The notes: generated from the letters alone by a model not told the origin. 57,999 nucleotides of DNA from Planctomycetota bacterium (GCA_038060895.1 JBBTCT010000021.1:36370-94368); one strand, 5' to 3'. Counted from the first letter of the stretch, positions 1 through 10,822 are shown. Translations and numbers: made by a program.

Positions 1-76
1 GCGGCCGGCGGGCGGGAGAGCGAAGCGAAGTAGCCCGCCGGCCGCTTCACTTCACAAGTCGCACCCTCGTCCGCGA

Positions 77-148
77 GGGCGATTAGCTCAGCGGCGGAGC
101 GGCTGCTTTACACGCAGCGGGTCGGGGGTTCGAATCCCTCATCGCCCA
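77..148 (+). tRNA. tRNA-Val(TAC), CCA not encoded
   Basis: Acceptor stem GGGCGAT/ATCGCCC-A; D arm GCTC...GAGC; anticodon stem GCTGC/GCAGC with loop TT-TAC-AC; T loop GGTTCGAATCC. Confidence 0.95.
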
Positions 149-349
149 CTTTCAGGTTGGTGAATGCGGATACGAACTCGATCGACGATTTTCGGGCTGA
201 AACGGGGCAAAGAGCGAGCTTGAGTTAGTTCGTGATTCCTTTACCAACGGAGAGGTTGGTGAAACCACGAACTCGTTCGCGTGCCGGGCGTGTGGGCCTC
301 GGGCGCTGGGTTCCGTTCGATCCCATCCTGCACATTCAGGAGGACGGAC

Positions 350-493
350 ATGGAGACTCAAAACGAAGAGTCGGACCTGCTGGAGTACCAACTCCCGGAG
401 ACGATGACTCCTGAGCAGCGACTCAAGAGAATCGCCCAGCTTCTTTTCAAAGCCATTCGCGTTCAAAGCTGTCGTCACATTGGAACCAGGTGA
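350..493 (+). CDS. Small hypothetical protein (47 aa, MTPEQRLKRIAQLL motif)
   Basis: AGGAGG RBS before ATG350. Resembles small helical proteins at the edges of recombinase-bearing elements (recollection, not searched). Confidence 0.45.
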   Translation: METQNEESDLLEYQLPETMTPEQRLKRIAQLLFKAIRVQSCRHIGTR

Positions 494-524
494 ATCTTCG
501 TGGAGGCGAATCGTCTGCTTCGAC

Positions 525-2258
525 CTAACCACGCCGGAACATACTCCCGAGCGAACGCGGTGGCGAATCGAGCGTGTCGCGCACTTTGCGAAGAAGATCA
601 GCGGACGCGAACGGCTTTTGAAGAAATGGTGTGTCCTCGGCGAGTTCTCCTTGCTGAAGGATTGCTCCATCCGGATAGCCGGACATGAAAAGGACCCGCA
701 GGCCGGGCCAATCGACGTTGAGCCGCTTGACCAGGTCGAATCCGCCCATTTCAGGCATGACAACGTCCGTGATCACCAAGTCGAGACCTCCGGAGAGCCT
801 CGCCTTGACGGCCAGCGCGTCCGCACCGTTCCGGGCTTCCTCTACATGATATCCCTGCGCTGTGAGCCTTGTGGTGATGAGGTTACGAACCGCCTCCTCA
901 TCCTCGACAACGAGGACCCTTTCATTCCTGGCACGAGGCGGCGCGATCGCAACCCGGGGAGCACCCGAAGCGTGCTCATTCAGGACGCGTGGGAAGAAGA
1001 CCTTGAAGGTCGTCCCGTGCCCAAGCTCGGTGTAGACGAGAATCTGCCCCTGGCTCTGCGACACGATTCCATACGTCGTGGCAAGACCCAAGCCCGTGCC
1101 TTCTCCGACTGGCTTGGTCGTGAAGAACGGCTCGAAGAGTCGCGCACGCACTTCAGGAGTCATTCCGGTACCGGTGTCCGTCACGGCGAGCATCACGTAA
1201 GAGCCGGGGAGGATTCCATACCTGGTGGCAACAGGAGCATCCAGGTTCGTATTCGAAGTTTCGATCGTGAGTTTTCCCCCTCCGGGCATCGCGTCACGCG
1301 CATTCAAAGCGAGATTCATGATCACCTGCTGAATCTGGCCCGGGTCCGCGCGGACGCTCCACACATCCTCGTGCCTCACCGCGGCGAGTTGGACATCCTC
1401 ACCAATGAGACGCCGGAGCATTCGCTCCATCTCGGACAGGATCGAGTTGAGGTTGAGCACCTTCGGTTGCACGACCTGCTTGCGGCCGAAAACGAGGAGC
1501 TGGCGGGTGAGTCCGGCGGCCCGCTCCGCGGCCTTGATGATCTCATCGATGCAAACTCTGGGCGACGAGCCGACCATCGATGGATCGAGCAGCGTCTGTG
1601 CGTACCCCAGTATCACCGTCAGGAGGTTGTTGAAATCGTGCGCGATCCCTCCGGCGAGCCGTCCGATCGCGTTAAGTTTCTGCGACTGCCGAAGCTGTTC
1701 TTCGACGCGCTTCTGCTCAGTCACATCGGTACCGATGGATGCCGTGTACAGTCCCCGGGTGTCCTTGACTTCGAAACGGAGCATCCGGAACTCGAGCTTC
1801 TCCGACCCAACCTGCCACGTCTCGAGGATCTCATTTGGCTTGCCGGCGCCCTTTGCGGCGAGCGCTTCGTTCTGGCGCCGCTGCGCGAACTCTGCCCCGA
1901 ACAAGTCGGCGTCGGTGCGACCCACCAGCTCCCGCCACGAAAAACCCGCCAGCTCCTGCAGCCGCCGATTCGCGTACGTGTAACGTCTCTGGGAATCCTT
2001 CATGGACGCGAGAAGGGGGCTTGCGTCCATGAAAGTGAAGAACAGGTCGCGCTGGTATCGGAGGCTGGTGTTCGCTTCTACCAGTTCCCTCGAGCTGATC
2101 TCGAGCGCATGCTCGTTGAGTTTGCGATCCGCGTCGTTGTCGCGGTAGGCCCTGCTGACGGCTTCAAGGAACACCCCGAGCTGCGCATTGGACGGGTCGA
2201 ACATCGACATATGACGTCGCAGCTGGCGGACAAGAAGCGGGTGAAGCTCCTCACTCAT
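525..2258 (-). CDS. Hybrid sensor histidine kinase/response regulator (PAS-HisKA-HATPase-REC)
   Basis: H-box [14 protein letters not shown]-box [34 protein letters not shown], receiver LVVEDE...TDVVMP...KPF. Confidence 0.95.
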   Translation of the reverse strand: MSEELHPLLVRQLRRHMSMFDPSNAQLGVFLEAVSRAYRDNDADRKLNEHALEISSRELVEANTSLRYQRDLFFTFMDASPLLASMKDSQRRYTYANRRLQELAGFSWRELVGRTDADLFGAEFAQRRQNEALAAKGAGKPNEILETWQVGSEKLEFRMLRFEVKDTRGLYTASIGTDVTEQKRVEEQLRQSQKLNAIGRLAGGIAHDFNNLLTVILGYAQTLLDPSMVGSSPRVCIDEIIKAAERAAGLTRQLLVFGRKQVVQPKVLNLNSILSEMERMLRRLIGEDVQLAAVRHEDVWSVRADPGQIQQVIMNLALNARDAMPGGGKLTIETSNTNLDAPVATRYGILPGSYVMLAVTDTGTGMTPEVRARLFEPFFTTKPVGEGTGLGLATTYGIVSQSQGQILVYTELGHGTTFKVFFPRVLNEHASGAPRVAIAPPRARNERVLVVEDEEAVRNLITTRLTAQGYHVEEARNGADALAVKARLSGGLDLVITDVVMPEMGGFDLVKRLNVDWPGLRVLFMSGYPDGAILQQGELAEDTPFLQKPFASADLLRKVRDTLDSPPRSLGSMFRRG

Positions 2259-2259
2259 G

Positions 2260-3393
2260 TCACGCTTCTCCGAGCGTTGTGATCGTCATTGTCTGGTTGT
2301 GAAGTTCGCAACGGGCCGCCGGGGTGAATGGGGAAATTTCCCCGTAAGAGTAGAACCCGATCAGCGACGGACGATCGCCCAGTACCGCGCGGACGCCTTC
2401 GACTTCTTCCTCGACGCGTTGCTTGAGCACTAGCTTGCGTCCTACGCAAGAGATCAGAAGCGCGAGTTCAGGAGCCCCGCAAGAGGGCGAGGTCTGGCTT
2501 ACCTTGGCTGCTCCGATGGCGCCCTCGACCAGCCTATCGAAGTTCGCCTTCATGAGCCGCGCAAAGCTGCCTTCCGGGACGTCGCCGGCAAAGGTGAGGC
2601 TTCGAGCTTTCTCATCGATCGCGAGCAGGGTGCGCACGACGGGTGCGACGGAGCCCGGAAGAGTGACGCTGAGGGGAAAGAGCAGTCCTGCGGCCGGGAG
2701 TTCCGCAGCTCTGTCCCCAAGGTAGCTCTTGTAGAGGTCCAGCGCGGGCATGCCGTCCAACTCGAACAACGTGTTCTCATTCGAACGCGTAATCAAACGC
2801 TCGGTGCCAAAGGAGTCCCATCCGCCCAGACTCGCATAGCCTACCCGCAGGCTCTTTCCGTACAGCCCGACAGCCGCGATGATGCCGCTCTCGGCAGGGC
2901 CATCCAACATGACCAATGTTCGGCCAAAGCGTGTGCCATCGCCGGACAATCCGCCGGTTACGGCGACTCCTGGAGGGAGCGCGGAGGTCAAGCCGGCAAC
3001 CAGCTTGGTGCCGTTGACCTGGATGCCTTCTGAGAGCACGAGGATGTGGGCGAGGTCATTTCCGGCAAGCGCCTTTGCCAACCGAACACCCGCCTGGAAG
3101 GCGTCGCCGACTTCACCCAGCGCTGCGCGCGCTGCGCGTACGTGCACGCGATCGAATCTCACTGCTGCGGCAACGACCGAATCGTCAGCGACCCGCGTTC
3201 CCAGAATCTCCCCGGCTGTGCTGCATCCGAAGACGATGGCCTTCGGAAAGGCGGCCTTAAGCGAGGGATAGAGCCGAGGATTGTCCAGTCCTGCAGTGGA
3301 GCCGAAAACGAGAAGGAGGTTCGCCTCACGACCGCCGGCTTCGCGCGTGACAAGTTGACAGTCCGGACGGACCTGGATTAGTTCCACTTTCAT
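2260..3393 (-). CDS. FIST N/FIST C domain signal-transduction protein
   Basis: GCSTAGEI, GGLSGDG, ISCVGRK, GFYSYGEI, LHNQTMT motifs; GGAG RBS before ATG3393; adjacent to the kinase gene. Confidence 0.92.
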   Translation of the reverse strand: MKVELIQVRPDCQLVTREAGGREANLLLVFGSTAGLDNPRLYPSLKAAFPKAIVFGCSTAGEILGTRVADDSVVAAAVRFDRVHVRAARAALGEVGDAFQAGVRLAKALAGNDLAHILVLSEGIQVNGTKLVAGLTSALPPGVAVTGGLSGDGTRFGRTLVMLDGPAESGIIAAVGLYGKSLRVGYASLGGWDSFGTERLITRSNENTLFELDGMPALDLYKSYLGDRAAELPAAGLLFPLSVTLPGSVAPVVRTLLAIDEKARSLTFAGDVPEGSFARLMKANFDRLVEGAIGAAKVSQTSPSCGAPELALLISCVGRKLVLKQRVEEEVEGVRAVLGDRPSLIGFYSYGEISPFTPAARCELHNQTMTITTLGEA

Positions 3394-3737
3394 GGGGACT
3401 CCTTGAGGCGAAGGTTGAGTCGGAAAGGAGGAGCGGGTTGCCTGCATTTACAGACTCTGCTCCGGAATCCGACAATTCATTTCGGAAATCCGACCGGACC
3501 GGTTCGTCGGCCAAAATTACCTGGAACGAATCTACTGCGTTGTGCTGAGCAACATCCGCCGTTCGGGTCGTCGGAACTGTCGGCTTTCGTGGGAGAATGC
3601 CGGTGAACCGACCCCCTCCCACCGGTAGGATCCGTCAGTCCAAGATTAGGTGAAGAAGTGACTACCGTTTTCGACGAACACTCCGGATTCTGGGGGGAGT
3701 CAAACTTCGGCCCGGTAGCCGGCGGGAGCGTGCGCCC

Positions 3738-4475
3738 ATGAACGACAAATCGCCGGACTCGAACATTGTCGGATTCCCGGCAACTATCTGGTCGAAGGTC
3801 TTGTTGGCAGGCAAGGGCTCCAGCGGAGCGTTGTCCCTGCTTTCGAGGTGGTACCGGCCGGTGGTTCTGAAGCTCGTTAACTGGTTTCTGAGAAGGAGGA
3901 ATCTCTCAGGATATGACCCCGAGGACGTTACTCAGGAGTTCTTCGTGCACTTGCTAGCGCATCGAGAGCAAGTGTTGGGACGCGCTGACCCTTCCCGAGG
4001 ACGCTTTCGGGCTTGGCTTCGAACATGCCTCGGCAATTGGCTCAGGAACTGGACAGAGAGCCTTCGCGCCCAGAAGAGAGGCGGCGACAGGATTGCCACA
4101 TCCCTAGACGGGCGGCCGGACGGGGAGTCCCCTCCGATCCCGGCTCCCGACGACCTAGATACAGAGTTCGATAGAGAGTGGGCGACCGACGTCGTGGCGA
4201 GAGCCACGGCTCGGCTGAGGAGCGAGGGGGGTTCCGGCCGCCTCGGGCCGCACGACATCGCCGTTTGGGACCTCAAGTTCGGGCTGGGAGGAGATTCCGA
4301 CCGGGCCATCGCTGTGCGCCTGGGCATTTCGGAAAATGACGTCACGACTTCTCTACGTCGGACGAAGCGCCGCTTCCGCGAGCATCTTCGCCAGGAAGTA
4401 CTGCCAACCATCGGCAGTCACTCCGATCTGGACGAGGAAGTGCGCGACCTGCTGCGAGCCCTTGGTGGAGTGTGA
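3738..4475 (+). CDS. ECF-type sigma-70 factor
   Basis: FPATIWS N-terminus, EDVTQEFF, DPSRGRFRAWL, FDREWA, C-terminal HTH and DLDEEVRDL. Confidence 0.88.
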   Translation: MNDKSPDSNIVGFPATIWSKVLLAGKGSSGALSLLSRWYRPVVLKLVNWFLRRRNLSGYDPEDVTQEFFVHLLAHREQVLGRADPSRGRFRAWLRTCLGNWLRNWTESLRAQKRGGDRIATSLDGRPDGESPPIPAPDDLDTEFDREWATDVVARATARLRSEGGSGRLGPHDIAVWDLKFGLGGDSDRAIAVRLGISENDVTTSLRRTKRRFREHLRQEVLPTIGSHSDLDEEVRDLLRALGGV

Positions 4476-5297
4476 GGCCCATCTCCCTCTGCCGGGCATC
4501 CCATGCGGCTGCGCATCCACGCAGGAACTCACGGATCTCCGCTTCCCGCCGCGGAATCGCAGTTCAGAATCTGGATTTCTCATCGGATTGAATTTGAAGA
4601 GCTGTAAGGGTGGGAGTGAACACCAGATCGAGGGCTGGACGCGCTCACCATGGAGTAGCATCGGAAGCGGGCGAGTGAGCTAGTGATCGACCGTTTCGAC
4701 TCGCCAGCTCGATCGAAGTTCGGAAACACAGCAACGGTGTAATGCCTTACTTTGGAGGACACAGAAAACCAGCCATTCCCTGGCCGTCCCCCCGACGGCC
4801 ACTCTTGACACCCCCCGGCCACCCCTCCGGCCGGGGGTACTTTGTTGCTTTGACGAGGCCACCGACAGCTGTGGCGGGGGAGAGCATGATTTGGAACTAC
4901 TCATTGCCGATCGGCTCTGTCAAAGGTGATCGCCGGACGCCCTGCCAAAAGCAGTGTACTCCGTGGTCGGCTTGGCGCGAGGCTCGCGCATCTGCCCGCG
5001 GCCGGTGCTTGGGTGTCGTCTTGGTTTTCCTCTCCCAGCCGCTGGTGCCCTTCTTTGGCGCGTCAGCGCAGGTCCTGGCATGCGTGCCGCCGGTCCTGAA
5101 GCTGGCGCCGGTGATTACGATTCCTACCGACTGATCCGCGAGATGCTGAAAGATTGATCGTCGAATTTTAGAGGGTCCCCTGTACAGGTCTATTGTCGAG
5201 CATGCTGGTTGTTCCCTCAGATCCAGAGAATGGCAAGACGACCTGAAGGTCGGATGCCTGTCCCGGCGCGCAAACCAGCTACGCTAAGGAGCCTGCC

Positions 5298-5579
5298 ATG
5301 AGACTTGCCTATATCGCCTTTTCCTTGCTATTGACGCTGGTGGCCGCGATCCCGGGATATAGCTGACCCCCTCCCAATGCCCCCCTTTACGAAGGGGGCA
5401 GTGCGGGCAGCGGTCCGCTGCCTGGTATGGACGGCATGAAGCCCGAGAGCCCGAAGCAAGGTGAGCCTCCCCCCAAGGGCTCCAGGCAGGAACCCGTTCC
5501 CGGCGGCGAAACGCCAACAAGTGAGGAATCCACCCAGCCAGCGCAGGAAGAAGTGGCGACGGAAGAAGTAGCCATGTAG
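5298..5579 (+). CDS. Small secreted low-complexity protein with in-frame TGA (codon 23); candidate recoded gene or pseudogene
   Basis: TAAGGAG RBS; signal peptide MRLAYIAFSLLLTLVAAIPGYS, then TGA 5364-5366; frame stays open 70 more codons to TAG 5577-5579; hairpin at 5378-5400. Confidence 0.45.
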
Positions 5580-6176
5580 TGCGGAGGTCCAATTCGCGAA
5601 CGACGATTCGTACGGCGCACCCTGAATGAAACCGAACCGGCACGCCAAGTGTGGGGAAAATTTGTACCGACGAACGCCCTCAGCGGTGGCGACGACCGAA
5701 CAGCCGATTGACCTAATGCGCTACCACGCGTAAGGGACTGGGATATGTGTGGATTCGCTTCCGGGGCCTTCACGGCATCCCTCTCGAAGCGAGCAGGGGG
5801 TCAGCTTCTCGGCTTGCTCGCCTCCTTCCCGGCGCGCAATCTTTCTTGGTAGAGGCGACTAACGGGCTCGGCGCGACATTCCAAGCGAGGCTCGGCTTAC
5901 TCAAGCTCTGAGGAATGCGGAAAAACACCATGAGCCGACACGTGCAGGTTTGTCCGTAGTTCGTATCCGCATTCATCATCGCCCATCGCGGAGGGGGGTG
6001 GATGGAAGCGAGGGCTCCGGCGGCAGGAGGCACGGCCCGGCGCGCGGGTGGGTCTCTGGTGAGGGAGGGGTTCAACGCACCGGGCCGCGCCCCCCGCCTC
6101 CTCCGCCTTCGCTTCCACCCAACCCCCCCCGCGATCGAAGTGCGAAGGACGGAGATCTGCTGCCTGGGGGTACCAG

Positions 6177-7217
6177 TTAGTAAACCGGCCCCGTGCTCTC
6201 GACCTTGCCGTCCCTCGAGATCTTCATCAGCCGGCACGCCGAAGTCACACCCCAGAACCCGCCGTCCGCCGCGGGCGCGAATCCCGCCCAGTACTCCGGC
6301 CACCCGGGAAGGCGGTCGACCTCGAACTTCACCGCGGTGCCGCCGTCCAGCGTGCAGATCGCGCCCGATCTCAACCCGCCGCCAATCGCCAACTTTCCGT
6401 CGGCGGACCACCCGCGCCCGTAGTTGTAGCTCGTCGTCACTTCAAAAATCGTCACGTCTCCCTTGGGCGTGATCCGCGCGCACACGTCGTCGTACGTCAC
6501 GATCCAGGCGAAGTCGCCCGCCGACATCACTCCGACCCTGCCGCGCGCTGAGAAAAATGTCTTCGCTTCCGCGAGCACCTTGCCCGACGGCGCCTCGAGC
6601 CATTTCACCGTCGCCGCCTGCGCGTCGTTCTTCTGGATCCATTCCTTCCGCGGCGCGCCTTTCAGTTCCTTCGGGATCGCGGCGTACTCGGCCTTCGGCT
6701 CCGCCTTGTCCTCGGCCGACTCCATAAGCACCACGGCCTTCGTCCCCGCCGAGTCGAGCCCGATCGACCCGATCCGGCCTTCGACCGCGGTCTTGCCTTT
6801 CTCGGCGCCGTCCGTCATCGACAGGAAACGGACCCCTTTCTCCTTCGCTGAAACCGCGAGCAGGAGATCCGCCGCGGGCGCGAACGCGCAATCCCCGGCG
6901 TCGGCGACCTTCTGGACTTCCTTCCACGTGGAAGTGTCAAAGATGTGGAGGACCTCGTCGTCGTCCTCGAGGCAGAGGCGCGAGCCGTCCTTCGAAAATG
7001 ACAGCGCGCCGACGCGCGACTGGATCCAGATCCGCTGTTTGACTTCGCGCGTCGCGGCGTCGAGGACGTAGAGCACGCGGTTTTCGCCGCCGCAGACGAC
7101 GGTCTTGCCGTCCGGGCTCGCGGCCACGGCGCCCAGGCCGCCCCACTCAGGATCGCGGGCGGCGGAGAGGGAAGCGCAGGCAGCGACGAGGGCGAGCGAG
7201 ACGAGAGTGCGGCGCAT
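6177..7217 (-). CDS. Secreted WD40/YVTN-like beta-propeller protein
   Basis: Signal peptide; repeats SPDGK, FSKDGS, WSADGK. Confidence 0.8.
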   Translation of the reverse strand: MRRTLVSLALVAACASLSAARDPEWGGLGAVAASPDGKTVVCGGENRVLYVLDAATREVKQRIWIQSRVGALSFSKDGSRLCLEDDDEVLHIFDTSTWKEVQKVADAGDCAFAPAADLLLAVSAKEKGVRFLSMTDGAEKGKTAVEGRIGSIGLDSAGTKAVVLMESAEDKAEPKAEYAAIPKELKGAPRKEWIQKNDAQAATVKWLEAPSGKVLAEAKTFFSARGRVGVMSAGDFAWIVTYDDVCARITPKGDVTIFEVTTSYNYGRGWSADGKLAIGGGLRSGAICTLDGGTAVKFEVDRLPGWPEYWAGFAPAADGGFWGVTSACRLMKISRDGKVESTGPVY

Positions 7218-7268
7218 GGCGAATCTCCGGAGAATTGGAATGCCGGAGGCTATTCCGCGAACGGCCGC

Positions 7269-8129
7269 TTAGCAATCGTTGCGCAGAAGTTCGAGCTCGA
7301 GGCGCGCTTCCCGCTCCGTCGCCGGGTTCTGGGCATTGAGGACCGCGCGTTCCGCGAGGCGGAGGAGGATGGCTTTGCTGGCGAGAATTCTCTCAGCGTT
7401 GCCCAGGCGGTCGCGCGCCGAATCGAGGGCGCGAAGGAGGCGAAGGGCCCGCCAGGCGTGTTCTTCGAGCGAGTCGTCGTTGCGGCGTAAAGAGGCCGAA
7501 TAACCGCCGTCCGCGACGCGTTCGGCCATCTGTAGCGATTCGTCGAACAGCTCCGGTTCTTCGGGGCGAACGACGCGCATCCACGCTTCGAACGCCTGCG
7601 AATCCGCGCTCCGCGCCAGGGAGTACCGGGCTCTTTCGCGAATGACGGCATTCTGGTCGCGCGCCGCGGCTGCTTCGAGGGAACTGATCGCCGAGGCCCG
7701 ATAAGTCGCGTGCTCGTCGTCCATGCGCGCGATGTCCGCGAGGTCGAGGATGGCCCGCATGCGGGTGAGCGGATCGCCCGAGCCAGCACGGTCGAGGAGG
7801 AGCCGGAAACTGCCCTCGTCCAGAGGGCCGAAACCGGCTCTTCAGCCCATCGCTACGCCGCGAAGGCGGTCTTCAAGGGACCTCTGCGGTGGCGGGGGGA
7901 CAGGGACCGGTTCGACGGGTTTGACCACGGAGACTTCGATCTCGAACGGTCCGGCATCTCCAATCTGCGGAGGATCTTCCGGCCTCGCCGTCGCGGACTC
8001 TTCGATTTGCGCAGGAGTCTCGACGGCCGGCGAGCGGCGAAGCGCGACGACAGGTGCCGCGGCGCTGGAAGCGCAAAGCAGGGCCAGCAGGATGACTTTC
8101 CTCGCCTTTCCGCTCTCTTCGCCGCGCAT
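7269..8129 (-). CDS. Exported helical (HEAT-like) protein with in-frame TGA (codon 96), candidate selenoprotein, 286 aa
   Basis: ORFs 7842-8252 and 7269-7760 share a frame and are separated only by TGA 7844-7842 (VAMG-U-RAGFGPLDEG); two-stem hairpin follows; N-terminal hydrophobic segment and Pro-rich linker. Confidence 0.65.
7800..7841 (-). promoter_or_regulatory. Candidate bacterial SECIS element
   Basis: mRNA: UGA A GAGCCGG UUUCG GCCCUC UGGAC GAGGGC AGUUU CCGGCUC, i.e. 7-bp lower stem, internal loop, 6-bp upper stem, G-containing apical loop at +20 to +24. Confidence 0.65.
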
Positions 8130-8485
8130 GGCACCTGTCTCCGGCACTTGGGTTCTGCCACCTGAGTGACCGACAGTGCTCGGTTCAATACCGCAAATTT
8201 GGATTTGTGTGGCAGGGAATGGCGAATTCATGAGGCTGGAGCAGTTCCGCAAGTGAGTAGACTATGTCCGGTCGCGGTAAGGGATCGGAGACGATGCCGG
8301 ATATTGGTGAAGTGCTCGGGCAGAACGCAATCGGCGGGACCGAAAAGAAGCCGATTTCCCACGATGCCGCGGCATTGGGAAAGTGAGGGCTCCTGACCCT
8401 CGAATACGCAGCCAGTCTGGCGCGGACCGGTGTTTCTCGCGACTACGTCGCCCGGGCGCTCCTTGCGCGGGGCCTCGATCCGGAA

Positions 8486-8734
8486 GTGACGCGAGAGATC
8501 GTTCAGCATTCGTTCCAGCTGGCGAGCGACAGGGCATCCCGCAAAGCTTCCTCCGTCAGGCTTGTGGGCTTTGGACTGATCCTTGCGGGCGCCGTCACGG
8601 CCGTGGCCGCAGCGGCAGGAGCCTCTGGGCCTGCCCTGAAGCACCACACCGGAACCGGCCTCAGCCTGATCAGCTTCGGGATCGCCACTTGTGTGATCGG
8701 CTTGCGCCGCTTTTGGAGCCCGCGACCTGGCTAG
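8486..8734 (+). CDS. Small membrane protein (two hydrophobic segments)
   Basis: 82-aa ORF with two TM-like stretches in an intergenic gap. Confidence 0.45.
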   Translation: MTREIVQHSFQLASDRASRKASSVRLVGFGLILAGAVTAVAAAAGASGPALKHHTGTGLSLISFGIATCVIGLRRFWSPRPG

Positions 8735-8737
8735 ATC

Positions 8738-10822
8738 TCATTTCCCGGCGTTCTTGTCCGCGATCGCCTGCACGTAGCTCTTCCCGTTCGCCGCGAATTC
8801 CGCGAGCTGTTTCAGCTCGTCGTCGGTCAACGCGCGATCCCAGATGGCCAGCTCGTCCATCGCGCCTGCGAAGGCGGACAGTCCCTGGGCGCCCGACTGC
8901 TTCGGCCGACCTACCATTATGGCGTCCGCCTCAGGAGCGGGCTTCTCGGGAAGCGAGAACGGCGGCGCCGTCAGTTCGGGGCGGTCTGCGGGCCGGGGCG
9001 GGCGTCCGCCGGCGAGGACGAAGCCGTCGGCGAGGACGCCGTCGATCGCAACGCGCACGGAGCGGTCGCCGTCCCAGACGACCGCAACGTGATGCCAGCC
9101 CTCGAACACTCCCGGAGCTGCGGTCATCACGCCCGCTTCGACAAAGGACAGGAACGCGCCATCGCCGCCGCGCCCCGCTACCCCGCGCTCCGCATGCGCG
9201 AGACCCGCCGTGAACCCCTTCAGCTTCCGCGCATCCCCGCCGTCGTACCACACCACTGATTTCGCCTTCGCGGGCTTGAGCCAGGCGGCGACGGTGCGCT
9301 GGGGAAGAGGCATGAGCGAGAGGTAGGCGGAAGTGCCGTTGAAGACGGCGCCCTTTCCGATCCGGCCGTCGCCGGTGACGACCTGGATGGAAATGGCGAA
9401 GTATCGCGACCCCGCGACGTCCTGCCAGCCGCGGTGCGTGCCCCCGCTGGCTTCGATTTCATCTTCGGTTTCGGGCTCGAACGTGTAGCCGAGGAGGCAG
9501 CCCTGGTCGAGGGTGAAGACCTTCGGGGGCGGGACGACGACGGGATCGGGCGGCTTCGTGAGGGGATCAGGTGGTTTGGTGATGGGATCCGGCGGCTTCA
9601 CCACCGGATCCGGAGGCTTCACGACAGGGTCGGGCGGCTTCGTCCCGGGGTCAGGCGCCGTGCCTCCGTCTGTCGAAGCGGTCTTCCGAGGAGTCACGGG
9701 AAGCTCTTCTCCCGACTTCATCATCATGCGAATCGCGAAGAAGAGCAGGAGGACGCAGCAGCCTGCGATCACGTAGACGGCTTTCTGCGTCGCGGCCGAG
9801 GGAGGCGCGCCGGGAAGCGGCGTGGTGAGATCAACGGGGCCGTCGGAGGGGACCAGCATGCTGGGACCGCCGGGAACGGCGCCCGCCACCGGCGCACGGA
9901 CCGCGCTTCCGCTCGATGCGATCACGGGGGCGCCGCCGCGCGGCGATTCGGGCGCCAGCTCGAGCGCGGGTCCGCCCTTCGCAAGGTCCGCGAGGACATC
10001 GGCCGGCGTCTGGTACCGGTCCTCAGGCTGCTTCTCGAGCATCCGCTGGATCACGCGGGCCGTCCCCTCGCTCACGTCGGGACGCGCCACGCGGATGTCG
10101 GGCGCCGGTGTGTTCATGACCTTGTTGAGAACGGCGTAGATTTCGGTGCCGGGGAACGGCGGTGACATGGCGAGGAGGTGATAGAGGGTGGCGCCCAGGC
10201 TGTAGATGTCGCCGCGGATGTCTACGTGACTGGTGTCCTGGATCTGCTCCGGGCTCATGTAGTGCGGCGTGCCCATGGTCATGTTCGCCTGGGTGATGGC
10301 TGGCGCCGACGAAGGGCCGCCGGTGCGCTTGGCGAGGCCGAGGTCCGCGAGTTTCACCTGGCCGTCTTTCGTGACCAGGATGTTGTCGGGCTTGATGTCG
10401 CGATGAACGATCCCTTTTTTCATCGCCGCCTGAAGGGCCTTGAGAATCCCTGCCGTCGCGGCGAGCGCCGACTTTTCGCTGAACGCGCCCTTGGCCTGCA
10501 GGCGTTCGCGCAGGGATCCGCCGTCGATGTACTCCTCGACGATGTAGTAGAGCCCAGTCGCCTCGTCCCGGTCCGCGTCCATGATCGAGACGACGTTCGG
10601 GTGGCGGATCGCGGCGGCCATGCGGGCTTCCCGGAGAAAGCGCTGCGCGTAATCGGGAGACTTGAGCGAGATGTCCTGCGGCAGGACCTTGACGGCGACG
10701 TCCACGTTGAGCGTCATGTGGCGCGCGAGGTAGACGGCCCCCATCCCGCCGCGGCCGAGCTCGCGGACGATTTTGCATTTGCCGACGATCGAGCCCGCAG
10801 TGAGGTTGGACATCCGCCCCAT
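8738..10822 (-). CDS. Membrane Ser/Thr protein kinase with Pro-rich repeat linker and LamG/concanavalin-A-like domain
   Basis: LGRGGMGAVY, VAVK, HRDIKPDN, DLGLAK, GTPHYMSPE; TM; KPPDPxx repeats; WHHVAVVWDG...MDELAIWDRALT. Confidence 0.93.
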   Translation of the reverse strand: MGRMSNLTAGSIVGKCKIVRELGRGGMGAVYLARHMTLNVDVAVKVLPQDISLKSPDYAQRFLREARMAAAIRHPNVVSIMDADRDEATGLYYIVEEYIDGGSLRERLQAKGAFSEKSALAATAGILKALQAAMKKGIVHRDIKPDNILVTKDGQVKLADLGLAKRTGGPSSAPAITQANMTMGTPHYMSPEQIQDTSHVDIRGDIYSLGATLYHLLAMSPPFPGTEIYAVLNKVMNTPAPDIRVARPDVSEGTARVIQRMLEKQPEDRYQTPADVLADLAKGGPALELAPESPRGGAPVIASSGSAVRAPVAGAVPGGPSMLVPSDGPVDLTTPLPGAPPSAATQKAVYVIAGCCVLLLFFAIRMMMKSGEELPVTPRKTASTDGGTAPDPGTKPPDPVVKPPDPVVKPPDPITKPPDPLTKPPDPVVVPPPKVFTLDQGCLLGYTFEPETEDEIEASGGTHRGWQDVAGSRYFAISIQVVTGDGRIGKGAVFNGTSAYLSLMPLPQRTVAAWLKPAKAKSVVWYDGGDARKLKGFTAGLAHAERGVAGRGGDGAFLSFVEAGVMTAAPGVFEGWHHVAVVWDGDRSVRVAIDGVLADGFVLAGGRPPRPADRPELTAPPFSLPEKPAPEADAIMVGRPKQSGAQGLSAFAGAMDELAIWDRALTDDELKQLAEFAANGKSYVQAIADKNAGK

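Larger units (their letters stand above)
158..5978. mobile_element. Putative tRNA-adjacent genomic island remnant bounded by inverted repeats; no integrase seen
   Basis: TGAATGCGGATACGAACT at 161-178 recurs as a perfect reverse complement at 5958-5975. The interval looks more AT-rich than the rest of the window (judged by eye). Confidence 0.5.

Noticed and set aside
77-148. tRNA as a possible tRNA-Sec or UGA suppressor
   Set aside because: The anticodon is TAC with a short variable arm and a 7-bp acceptor stem, so it is an ordinary tRNA-Val.
4480-5290. Short overlapping ORFs downstream of the first ECF
   Set aside because: There are no recognisable motifs or consistent coding bias, so this is probably non-coding or decayed sequence.
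120-6170. Direct repeat of the tRNA 3' end (attR) closing the island
   Set aside because: I could not find a duplicate of the tRNA 3' sequence, only the inverted repeat.
9530-9650. 21-bp tandem repeat
   Set aside because: It is explained as the coding KPPDPxx linker of the kinase.
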